Assembly: GCA_965222115.1 (NCBI GenBank)
Contig: CBDCTJ010000005.1
Location: 64,001 to 128,000 of the forward strand
DNA length: 64,000 bases
From: Planctomycetota bacterium
GTDB taxonomy: Bacteria > Planctomycetota > PLA2 > JAEUHO01
Direction: 5' to 3'
Below are positions 38,308 through 48,400 of the stretch, piece after piece (the stretch's first letter is position 1; each line of letters opens with the position of its first letter). The notes beneath the pieces are model-generated. The model saw nothing but the letters and a program-made list of their open reading frames with translations, made no database searches and had not been told where the DNA came from. The position numbers and the translations under genes were made by a program.

Positions 38308-39195
38308 ATGAGCCTTAAATCGATGAGCCCTAACCCGATATGTCGAGCACGCTGGCTGATTCCAGCGGTTGCGCTTGGCTTGATGATCGCACTTGCACCC
38401 GCGAGTCGCGCCGAAGAGGAAGCCGGTGGCGACCTCAAGGAGAAGATCCGCAAGCAGATGGAAAAGATTCGCGACCTCATGAAAGAGAATGAGGACGCAC
38501 TTCTTGATCTGAGCACCGGTGGGAAATCCAAGCCCAAGGCGGTGGACGTCGAAGTGCCCAATCCGCCTTCCTCTTCAGGCGGCTCGTCGTCAGGCGATGA
38601 ATCGGGAAGCTCGGGCGAATCGGGATCATCGGGTGAGTCCGGTAGTGAATCGGGATCAAAGGGCGAATCTAATAAGGGCACGGGCGAAGAGATCCGTCGC
38701 AAGCTCGACAAGTTGATCGAGAGTCAAAAGGGTGCCTCCAAGGCCATCCCCAGCGAACTCGAAAACCTCGTCAAGATGATTCCCTTGTGAAACAGTTGCA
38801 GCGGCCAGTTTGGTTCGCAGTCAAAGTCTCAGAAGCCTCAAAGCGGTTCAAAGAACGGTGAAGATCAACAAGCCGATGCACGCGACGCGCGCAGCAAGGA
38901 GTTGTCGGAAGCCGAACGTCGTCGCCGTGAACGCGAAATGGCGGGCAAAGAAAACCAGCCCCAGAACGGCGAGAAGAGCAAGGATCCCACCGCGCGTGGC
39001 AACAACGCCAAAGAAGATCCAAACGCCGATAAGGTCCCCACGCGCGACGACAAGTTGGCGCCGTGGATCACGGCCTTGCCGCCGGAGTGGCGCGATGCTG
39101 CCAAGGCAGGCGTGTGGGAGAAGATTCCTGCGCGCTATCGCGAGCTGCTTCGACGCTACAGCAAGGACTTGCAGAAGAACGACACGGAACGTTAG
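38308..39195 (+). CDS. Secreted protein with in-frame TGA (candidate selenocysteine, U161-x-x-C164)
   Basis: GGAGG RBS, signal peptide ending ASRA. Track ORFs 38146-38790 and 38902-39195 are in the same frame with only TGA 38788-38790 between them; readthrough gives KMIPL-U-NSCSG...PWITALPPEWR...IPARYRELLRRY. Confidence 0.6.
38795..38824 (+). promoter_or_regulatory. Putative bacterial SECIS element
   Basis: Stem GCGGCCA (38801-38807) / TGGT-T-CGC (38811-38818) with bulged U and apical loop GUU starting 17 nt after the UGA; extendable lower stem. Confidence 0.45.
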
Positions 39196-39232
39196 AAAGA
39201 CAAACGTTAGAAAGACAAACGTTAGAAAGACA
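39188..39232 (+). repeat. Perfect 15-bp tandem repeat x3 spanning the stop codon
   Basis: AACGTTAGAAAGACA at 39188, 39203, 39218; partial CGTTAGA at 39238. Confidence 0.95.
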
Positions 39233-39390
39233 CAGGTCGTTAGAGCGACTCACTCGATTTCGCTCACCTAAAACGCCGCGAATGCCGCATGCATTCGCGG
39301 CGTCTTCATTTTTTGGTAGGTCCCTCACCTGCGCTCAAACGTGCGCCCCGTACACTCGGATGCATTCGAACTGTGTCGGAGGACTTACCG

Positions 39391-42300
39391 ATGAAGCAAC
39401 TACTTCTACTCGTCACGTTGCTGGCGTTGGCCGCCGCGGCCTACTTCGTTCTCAGTTCGGGCATGGGCGAATCCGACAGGGACGCGTCGTCTACAGCCAC
39501 CGACGTAGATCCTTCGCACAGCAATGAGGCATTGACCGCCAGTGAACGCGACAAAGAAGCGTCGTCCATGACAGGACTGCACGTAGCCGATTCGGTTCGC
39601 CGCAAGCGCCCCGCCTCCAACTTTGAACCGGGCAACAGTGCCATCGTCGGACGCGTAACGCTTGGCGGCGCACCGGTGGCGGCCGCGGTGGAGCTTAGGT
39701 TCGAGCGAGGCCTACAGGCCAGTCGTCCGGGCGAACCCACGCTCACCGGCTTCATCAAAATGATCGATCAGTTTCTTCAAGGCGGTCTCACGGCGGGGCC
39801 GGCACTGAAGTCAGCGACGGCAAACAAAGACGGCCAGTTTCAGTTCGATGGCCTCGGGCGTGGACACTACGAAGTTCGCGCCTTCGATGACCAAGGTCGC
39901 CTGCAGAACGAGCGCGTCGCCATCGAAGTTGAGGGCGTGAACGTACGAACGGACATTGCCCTGCCAAACGGTGAGCACGCTCTTCGCGGCAAGGCCATGT
40001 TCTCAGACAAGACGCCATTTCAAGGTTGGGTAACGGCAACGCACAGCTCGGGTAACGAACGCATGTCGCCTTTCGGGATGATCGGCGGTCAATCGACGCG
40101 CGTCAAGAGTGATGGGTCGTTTGAGATCCCCGGCCTCGTCGAAGGTACGTACGGCATCACGCTCGTGCAGCCGCGCAAACTGCGTTTCACATCCATGGGA
40201 CACCAGGTGCCTTCAGAATCCAATGTTGACGTCATCATTCCCTTCGGCGAAGAGAAGCTCACTGGCCAGGTTGTATCGTCGGTCGATCAAACGCCGATCG
40301 CCAGCGCCCATGTCTTGGTGGGCTCTATGAGTGAGCGCGGCTTCTTGGTGATGACAACCACAACGGATGGCGGCGGCCGGTTTCAAGCATCCTCCAGCGG
40401 CATCGATCGGGGAGGTCTCGTTGTCCGCGCAAAGGGCTTTGCGGCCAAGCAGGTCCAACTGCGCGGCATCGATCTGACCGAACCCATCACCATCGCTCTC
40501 GACCCCCATGGAAGCGTTTCTGGGCGAGTGATTGACGCGAGCGGAACCGGCATCGAAGGCGTCACAGTTACCCTCCATTCCCAAGGCCCGGATGGTCGAG
40601 AAACGATGAGCCAAGTGTCAGCGGTTAGTGGCGCTGACGGCGCGTACGCTATCGAGACTGTACCTGCGGGTCGCATATCCGCATCCGCCGCGGGTAACGG
40701 ATATGTGAGCGAACTCGTAAGTGAGATTGCGTCCGGTCGCATGAAGGGCGAAGCGCTTGAAGCGAATGGCTCGTTGGAAATCGACGTAAAAGTCACGCGC
40801 GCAGCACGGGTAGAAGGAACGATAACATCAAGCGACGGGAAGCCCATCGCGGGCGCCAAGGTGTCGCTTGAAGAGAAAGAATCGCAGGCGTCGTTCATGC
40901 GCAGGTTCCTCATGTTGGGTAGCAATGAGGGCTCGACAGCCACCGATGAGCAGGGGCGCTACGTCATTGAAAACTGTGTTCCCGGGGAAGGGCAGTTCAT
41001 TCGCGTTGTCACCACCGACTATCCCGAGGCGAAGTCCGATCCCTTCAAACTCAAGGGAAGCGAAACGCGTCGCGTCGATCTTCGCATCGACGCAGGGCGC
41101 GACGTCACAATTCGAGTAACCGATGCCGAGTCCAATGCGCCGATCCCCGCAGCCACGATCATGCTGCTCAACGCTAGCAATGACGCACGCAGCATTGCCA
41201 TCATGATGGGTACGGCAAAGCCCATAACCGTGACTACGGACGAGTCCGGAGAGGCCGTGGTGAAGGCGCCGAGTGGACCGGCCAATGTCATGGTCAGCGC
41301 CTCGGACTACATCAACCCGGAAAAGCCCGTAACTCTCGAACCCGACGCCACGTCGGTCGCCGTGTCGCTAGTGAAAGGTATGGTGATCTCAGGTAGAGTT
41401 GAGACGATCGACGACGTTCCCATGTCTTCGATTCGTGTTTCGGTTGAACGTACGAGGAATCTCGCGGGCGGTCGTTGGTATCACGAGTCGACGAGTCCCG
41501 ATACATCGGGCGCCTTCAAGATTAGCAAGGTGCCTGTGGGCCAGTTCAAAGCGTCGGCGCATGCAACGACCAAGACCTGGAAGTACGAGGCCTCGGCCGT
41601 CGTCGATGCAGGGGTCACAGATGTCGTGTTAACACTAAAGCGAGCAAGCAAGCGACGTGTGCTCACGATCAAGGTTATAGGGCCCGACGGCAAGCCGGTG
41701 AAATCAGGACAGGTCTCGTTGCAATGGGAACACGACGGCGGCACGCACTCCACGAGCGGCCGCGTTTCTATGGGCAAGGGCACGTTTGAACTGAATGATC
41801 AAGACGCAAAGGGCGCATTGTACGTCCATGTGAAGTCACTTCCCCGTGGACTGGGTAGCGCGACCGTTGGACCTCTGGATGCGATACCATCCGACAACGA
41901 GATCATTGTCAATGTCCCTCGAGGACGTTCGATTTCGGGGCGCGTTGTCAGCGGCGGTAATGGCGTCCCTGGCGTTCAGATCTACGCCAAACTTCAAAGC
42001 GAGTCAATTAACACCTACCTCCGTCAATCCGAACGCGTAAACTCCGGCGCAGATGGATCGTTCTCCATCGATGGACTGGGGCCCGGCTCCTATGAGTTGT
42101 CAATTGATGACCATCGTTCGTGGATGGGCCCCGAAAAGAATCCCGTGGTGCGTGCGGGTGCCAACGGCGTCGTGATCAACGTCACGCAGCTCGAACGCGC
42201 CACAGTACGGGTCGTGGATACGTCGGGTCGTCCGGTGGTTAGTGCACGGATTCAGTGTTATCCAGCGGCCCAGCCTACCGGCAAACGTCGCGTTCACTAT

Positions 42301-43296
42301 CCGAGTGCTCCGAAGTCTGACAGTGACGGCGTGAGCGACATCTCGGGACTCATGCCCGGCATGAAATACAACCTACAGGTGTCACCGCCAACGGATCAGA
42401 TGGACACGTTCGGCACCGTGAGCAAGAAGAACTGGACGCCGGCCGACGAAACCATCATGCTTCCGCGCGGCTACGTGATCTCGGGCCGTGTACTGAATGC
42501 AAAGGGTGCACCCATTCGCGCGGGCATGATCTACATAAAGCCAGTCGATAGCAATGCGTGGAACGGAACACCAATGAAGGAAAACGGAGCCTTTGAACTC
42601 AAGGGACTCACAAAGGGCGAATACGTGATCAAGGCAGTACCGACGGGGATGGATCACTTCATGCAGCCGCCCGATTCCGATGCGCCGGTACCGTTTCAAG
42701 ACACGGTCAGCGCTGGAACCCACAACGTAGTGCTTCGAGGAGATACCAAAGAATCCATCGACGTCACATTTGAAGGCCTCACCCCAAGCGCATCACCGAG
42801 CGACGTCCGCGTTCGGGGCATTCCCGTGATGATCCCTGGAGGAAGCCACCGGCACGTGTACATGATCGAAGAGCAGAATGGCACACGCAAGCAAGCCATG
42901 CTCAAAAACGGCAAGCTCATCGTGTATGGCATTGACGCAGCCAAGACGTACACCGTGGGCCTCTACCGTCTCCCGAAGGGAAAGTACTACCTTCGGAAGG
43001 GACTCAAGGCCGGCGACAACGTCACGCTTCAGCCTCAACAAGGCGTCACGCTTACGGGCGAGGTTGCCTTTCCACCGGGTGTGAGCCCTGCGCGGACGTA
43101 CGTGCGGATTGAAGTTCCCGGCGGAACGCTGAGTGCAAACGTGCGGTCGAATGGCGAGATGTCAATCGAAGGTGTCCCCCCCGGTACATGGAAGGTGGCG
43201 GCTACCGCGCAAGTCGACAAACAAGCCTACCGCGGTACGGCCAACGTAACACCGGGCACGCCCGCCACAATTACGCTGACGCGCGTCGATCAATAG
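39391..43296 (+). CDS. Carboxypeptidase-regulatory-like (beta-sandwich) repeat protein, membrane anchored or secreted
   Basis: N-terminal hydrophobic segment; repeated GRV.D..G.P..GA.V...T...G.F.I..L..G.Y motifs. Start ATG 39391 with GGAGG RBS. Confidence 0.85.
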   Translation: MKQLLLLVTLLALAAAAYFVLSSGMGESDRDASSTATDVDPSHSNEALTASERDKEASSMTGLHVADSVRRKRPASNFEPGNSAIVGRVTLGGAPVAAAVELRFERGLQASRPGEPTLTGFIKMIDQFLQGGLTAGPALKSATANKDGQFQFDGLGRGHYEVRAFDDQGRLQNERVAIEVEGVNVRTDIALPNGEHALRGKAMFSDKTPFQGWVTATHSSGNERMSPFGMIGGQSTRVKSDGSFEIPGLVEGTYGITLVQPRKLRFTSMGHQVPSESNVDVIIPFGEEKLTGQVVSSVDQTPIASAHVLVGSMSERGFLVMTTTTDGGGRFQASSSGIDRGGLVVRAKGFAAKQVQLRGIDLTEPITIALDPHGSVSGRVIDASGTGIEGVTVTLHSQGPDGRETMSQVSAVSGADGAYAIETVPAGRISASAAGNGYVSELVSEIASGRMKGEALEANGSLEIDVKVTRAARVEGTITSSDGKPIAGAKVSLEEKESQASFMRRFLMLGSNEGSTATDEQGRYVIENCVPGEGQFIRVVTTDYPEAKSDPFKLKGSETRRVDLRIDAGRDVTIRVTDAESNAPIPAATIMLLNASNDARSIAIMMGTAKPITVTTDESGEAVVKAPSGPANVMVSASDYINPEKPVTLEPDATSVAVSLVKGMVISGRVETIDDVPMSSIRVSVERTRNLAGGRWYHESTSPDTSGAFKISKVPVGQFKASAHATTKTWKYEASAVVDAGVTDVVLTLKRASKRRVLTIKVIGPDGKPVKSGQVSLQWEHDGGTHSTSGRVSMGKGTFELNDQDAKGALYVHVKSLPRGLGSATVGPLDAIPSDNEIIVNVPRGRSISGRVVSGGNGVPGVQIYAKLQSESINTYLRQSERVNSGADGSFSIDGLGPGSYELSIDDHRSWMGPEKNPVVRAGANGVVINVTQLERATVRVVDTSGRPVVSARIQCYPAAQPTGKRRVHYPSAPKSDSDGVSDISGLMPGMKYNLQVSPPTDQMDTFGTVSKKNWTPADETIMLPRGYVISGRVLNAKGAPIRAGMIYIKPVDSNAWNGTPMKENGAFELKGLTKGEYVIKAVPTGMDHFMQPPDSDAPVPFQDTVSAGTHNVVLRGDTKESIDVTFEGLTPSASPSDVRVRGIPVMIPGGSHRHVYMIEEQNGTRKQAMLKNGKLIVYGIDAAKTYTVGLYRLPKGKYYLRKGLKAGDNVTLQPQQGVTLTGEVAFPPGVSPARTYVRIEVPGGTLSANVRSNGEMSIEGVPPGTWKVAATAQVDKQAYRGTANVTPGTPATITLTRVDQ

Positions 43297-43306
43297 ATTT
43301 CCTTCC

Positions 43307-45337
43307 GTGAGCCGCATCACGATCATGATGACCCTGCTCGCGCTGACGGGAACCATCATGCTGGCGCATGGATGGCTGTCTTCATTCGCTCAGCATAAAC
43401 ACACGAGCGAACCCTCTGCGGAACGGGTCGAGGCGGAGCGCGGCACGCGTTCGGGAGCCGTGGGCCTTACGCCAGGCGGATCTCCAAGATCACGCGGCGG
43501 TACCCGCCGTGAATCGAACGAAGAGGCCAGATTGAATGGCAACGGTCCCGAGGTGAACCCAACTCGTCCGCAGTTCGACTCGGGCGACCTCATCACGGTA
43601 CGTGTTGTGGATCGACACGGAGCCCCTGCAGCGATTCGAGAAATGACGCTGGGGCTTGCAAGTCCGCTGGGCACCCGAATTGATTCATCGTCTCCAGCGC
43701 ATGGCGGCGTGAGCCACTTTCCACTTGGTATCGGCGAGCACTTCGGTCCCGTGTATATCGTTGTCTCGCCATCCGATGCGACGCAGCCCGAGTACTTGTT
43801 CGGCCCTTTCCAATCGATACCCGAATCCAAGTCGTTCGCGCTGACCATCGAAGTAGGCAAGCGCCTCTACACCATTGCGGGCCGCGTATCGGACGCTTCG
43901 GGCAACGCCGTTCCCGGTGAACTGGTCGTCGCATCGCCGTGGAATCGCCGCGACCTCGGCTGTCACCGAGGTTACGGCCCGGAAGCGCGCACCGATAGCG
44001 ATGGGCGATTTGTGATCGATCGCCTGCCAAAGGGTAGGTACCACATCGCCGCGTGTCACTCGAAACTGCCCTCGAACTACTACGAAGCGAGCGTGCCCAC
44101 GCCCGTCGAGGGTGGCGCCGACAACGTCGTGATTCTTGTGCAGCCGAAAGCGATCTTTGAAATCGTCGCGGAGAACCACGCGGGCGAACCGGTGCGAGGG
44201 TCTGTCTCGTTACGAAGTACGTGGACCGACGCCACGGGACGCAGCCACGGTCGCCGCACGCATGCGACGTTGAAACGGGGTAGGGCCCGCCTTCCTCACA
44301 CGACAAGATCTACGCAAGCCGCACACCAACTCATCGTCACCCCTCTGGGTGCCACAAATCGAGAGTGTACGACGACCGTCCTCGATGACTGGACGCCCCA
44401 GAGCGAAACGATACGACTCACGCGAACATACCCCGTGCAGGGCAGTGTATTCACCGCAGACGGACGCCCGCTAAGAGGCGCTCAAGTGCGTGCAGGGTCG
44501 AAAAAGGCCATAACCGACAACCTAGGTGCGTTTTCCTTGGGTTATGCGATCGCCGGAGAGATGACACTCGAGGTCGTACCGGAAGGCATGAATGTACCGG
44601 CATCCATCGGCGGCAATTGCAACGTCTCCGTATCCGTTCCGCTGGTCTCTGACTCACTTCGCCTATCGCTTGACCCTTTGTTACGGATTCAAGTTACGGT
44701 TGACGAGTGGTCACGACTCGTGCGGCAAGGCCCGGTATCCGAAAAGGATGAGCCCCACGATCTCTTGTTGATTGATGAATCAAGTAACGAAGTGGCAAGA
44801 CTTCCTTTACTCAGCGCCACGGTTACGTTTCTTGGTGTACAAGACGGCGCGTCCTATACAGTCGCGGGCTACGGACTTCCTGGCGAGCGGTACATCTTAA
44901 AACGTGGCATTCGAGCTGGCACCACGCTTCATGTAACACCGAAGCGCGGTGTAATGCTCTCGTGCAAGCCGGCCTATCCCGACGAGCTTGAGCATCGTGG
45001 GGGCACCCACGCGACGCTCGAACTGCCCGGTGACCGTTTCGGCAAAGCAGCGCACCAAGGTGCGGTCACCGTGTTTAGAGGCGTTCCGCCGGGCACGTGG
45101 AAGCTGAGTCTATCGGACGCCTTCATGCACTCGCTCGACTATGGGTTCATGGAAGGCGCGGCCCGTGCCAAGACGGAATCGCTAACGCTTGTGCCGATGG
45201 CGATCAAAGAGCCGACGGAAGCCCCGCCGTTGCTGTACGCATCCGAGCAACCCACGCCAAACGATGACGGTTTGCCGAACCGCGCTGCGTCTCCAACGAT
45301 TCCAAATCCACCGGAAGCGCTTCCCGTACCGCGGTGA
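43307..45337 (+). CDS. Carboxypeptidase-regulatory-like repeat protein, shorter paralog of upstream gene
   Basis: IAGRVSDASGNAVPG...TDSDGRFVIDRLPKGRY; shares WTP..ETI, YTV..Y.LP...Y....G..AG and GVPPGTWK with the C-terminal half of 39391-43296. Confidence 0.75.
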   Translation: MSRITIMMTLLALTGTIMLAHGWLSSFAQHKHTSEPSAERVEAERGTRSGAVGLTPGGSPRSRGGTRRESNEEARLNGNGPEVNPTRPQFDSGDLITVRVVDRHGAPAAIREMTLGLASPLGTRIDSSSPAHGGVSHFPLGIGEHFGPVYIVVSPSDATQPEYLFGPFQSIPESKSFALTIEVGKRLYTIAGRVSDASGNAVPGELVVASPWNRRDLGCHRGYGPEARTDSDGRFVIDRLPKGRYHIAACHSKLPSNYYEASVPTPVEGGADNVVILVQPKAIFEIVAENHAGEPVRGSVSLRSTWTDATGRSHGRRTHATLKRGRARLPHTTRSTQAAHQLIVTPLGATNRECTTTVLDDWTPQSETIRLTRTYPVQGSVFTADGRPLRGAQVRAGSKKAITDNLGAFSLGYAIAGEMTLEVVPEGMNVPASIGGNCNVSVSVPLVSDSLRLSLDPLLRIQVTVDEWSRLVRQGPVSEKDEPHDLLLIDESSNEVARLPLLSATVTFLGVQDGASYTVAGYGLPGERYILKRGIRAGTTLHVTPKRGVMLSCKPAYPDELEHRGGTHATLELPGDRFGKAAHQGAVTVFRGVPPGTWKLSLSDAFMHSLDYGFMEGAARAKTESLTLVPMAIKEPTEAPPLLYASEQPTPNDDGLPNRAASPTIPNPPEALPVPR

Positions 45338-45414
45338 TCGCGCCTACGCGGATTTGCTGGGCGAGGCTCTGCGCCTTCCGTTAGCCACCGCCGGACCGTT
45401 CGTATCCTCTCAGT

Positions 45415-48400
45415 ATGAAACCCATCCAGATTCCCATCGCTACCTTTGGCGTGCTCATCCTGCTTACCGGGAGCTTCTATCCGCAAGCCGTCCGCGCGAA
45501 GGAGCCTGCCACACAGACACGGGTAACAGCGCACCGAGTTTCTGCACGATTTGATCCGCCGCGCCATCGCATCATTGCCAGCGACACCCTGACGCTGGCA
45601 TCTTCGCCGGCGGCCATGCGCGTTGCATTGGATCTCGCGCCCACACTCAAACTTCGGAAGGTGACGCTCGGTGAAAGCGATGCGCCGCTGCCAGCGCGTG
45701 AGAAGGACGGCCAGTTTACGATCGACATACCGGCGGGGACGACCTCAATTACGCTTTCGTACGACGGCGAGATCTTTGACGCCGTCAAACGTGAGGACGA
45801 TCTTGCGTGGGTTGTGGGTGACGACACCAAGGGCGTCATTTCGGAAGAGGGCGTGTACTTGTCTGGTGCTTCGCGGTGGATTCCGCGGCTCGTGGATCAA
45901 CGTGTGCCGACCACGTTTGAACTCGAAACGTGGATCCCGGCACCATTCCTCGTGGTGACGCAGGGCGGTGTACCGAAGCGGTCAGAAATCAAGAGTGACA
46001 GCTTTGACGACGCGGGCAATGAACTCGTGCCAACGCCGGCCAAAGATAAGGCAAGCGCAACCGCTGCCACGTGGCATCACGCCATTCATCCCGCCGGCAT
46101 CCCCACCGACAGTGTGGCTCTCAGTGCGGGCGACTACGAAGTCAATCATCGCGATGTAGAGGGCGTACGCCTGGCCACCTACTTCTTTCGACGCAAGGGT
46201 TCCGGCGGCGCCAAACGAAACGGCAATTCCAAGTCGGCCGGCAACTCAGGTTATTCGTCGCTCTGGCTTGACAGCGCCGCCGAAACGGTGAAGCGCTACA
46301 CGCCGATTCTGGGCAAGTACCCCCACCGCAAGTTCGATATTGTCGAGAACTTCTTTCAATCCGGCTACGGCATGCCGTCCTACACGTTGCTGGGCAACCG
46401 CGTCATCGCCTATGTGTCAATGAAGGCGCGTCGAAGCGGCGGGAAGATTCCCCCCGGTTACCTCGATCACGAGTACGTACACGGCTGGTTTGGCAACGGG
46501 TTGCTGGTGGACTATGCATCGGGCAACTGGTGTGAAGCGTTTACGACCTACTACAGCAACTACTTGGCCCAAGAACTCGAGTCGACCGAGAAGGCTCGCG
46601 ACTATCGTCGAGCCGTGCTTGAGAAATACACGCTGAGGATCAATCCCGAGAAGGACTACCCTATCCGCAATTTCGTGACCAAGACGGAAGACTTCGACAA
46701 CGACATTGGTTACGGCAAAGGCAGCATGTTTGTGCACCAACTTCGTCGGCATCTCGATCTCGAGGGCGAAGGAACCTTCTTCAAACGTATGCGCGCGTTT
46801 ACGCAGTCGCGCATGGGCACCGTTGTGCGGTGGCCCGATCTCTTGGAAGCATTGTTAGGCAACGATCAGGACGCGTTTCTCCCCTATCTCGATCGGTCTG
46901 GCTTGCCTCAGTATCGAATTCGCGGTTCGCGCGCAACAAAGAAGGACAGCGGCTGGCAGTTGGTCGTTGACATCGAGCAAGTTCGACGAGAGGGCGAGAT
47001 CACGTGGCCCGGAACGATTGACGTTCAAATCACCGGCAAAGACGCAGGTGGCAAGACGCAGCAAGAGACGCGGACGGTCACCATGAAAGCCGGGCATGCA
47101 CACGTCTCGTGGGATATGAAGCTGAAACCCACCCATGTGACGCTCGATCCGGATGCCCACGCGCTTCGTTCCATCAGCAAGCACGAACTGCCGGCATGTC
47201 TCAACGCGACCTTGGAATCGCCTGGGGATGGCATGGTCGTCGTGCGTGGACCCGATCAACTCTTCGGACGTCTTGCGCAACGCTTCGCCGAGCAAAAGGG
47301 CTTTCGCGTGGTCAAGGGCGACTTCGATGTGGAGCACCATCGGGGGCCCGTGGTTACGTTTTCGATTCAACCGGGCGCGGACCAAGTGGCGGGCGTGCGA
47401 TTGCGCGAACCGCATCAGTCCATCCTGTTTAGCACGCGCACGGTGGACGGTCATCCACGAACACACTACGTGGCCACATCGCCGTCGGCAGCCGCGCGCG
47501 TGGGCTACGCGCCGTTTTATGGATGGGACACACGCATCGTATTTGAACGCGGGCGTCCCATCGATCGTTCGGTGGCACGCACGCCGTCAAGTGACACACA
47601 CCAGCGACTGACGAGCCGCGCCGAGACGATTCGTGATGACATCCGCGCGCTCGCAGCGATGCCACGCGGTGCCCCGTGGCCCCCACAAGAAAAGGACGCC
47701 AAGCAGCCACTGCCAAATCGCGACGACGTTTACACGTTTATCAACCGTCAACTCGCGCTGCCCTCGCCGCTTCCCGCAATCGACGACAACGGCCAAGATC
47801 CACATGCGTTTCGTGTATCCGTTCCGTGGATCGCCAATGCCACGCTCTCCTACAAGAGCGACGCGAACGCCGGCCAGTTGATTGGTGATCCTTCGGTCTG
47901 TCGCCCCTTGAGCTTTTCGGCAGAAGCAGGTCGTGGTTCGTTTGATCCCGTCGGCGAGGCAAAGGGCAGTGTGCATCTCGTTTCGCTAGAAACGACATCG
48001 ATTGACGCGCTATACAAATCTGCAGTGGAACGCGAACGAGCAGGTGCGAAGGCTGTGGTATTCGTCTTGGGCAGCAACGCCTGGAATGCCGTACGTCCTT
48101 GGCTTGATAGCGTGAGCAAACTTACGAGTGAGTCGGAGGCCGAGTTGGCCAAACCTGGCCGCAGCGGAAAGCCACGACCGCGACCCGACATCGGTTCGTG
48201 GATCCTTGGCAAGCGTGCACGCAGCAAACGTGTAGACGGAGCGCCTCTGTCGCTCAAGGCCTTGAAGATTCCGGTCGTCGCCATCAAAGCGAGTGCGATG
48301 CCCAACGAGCAGTCAAGCACAATCAATCTCTCGGTTCGCATGCAGCGCGAGGCCCTTGCGCTACGAAACATCGTGGGCGTTTGGGCGCGCAAGGGTCCGG

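Noticed and set aside
38788-38790. Genome-wide UGA reassignment (genetic code 4 or 25)
   Set aside because: TGA terminates conserved genes at their expected ends (moxR, ispG, moaE, ispD, recO), several in ATGA/GTGA overlaps.
39188-39232. Possible CRISPR array
   Set aside because: Repeats are contiguous with no spacers, only 15 bp, and no cas genes are present.
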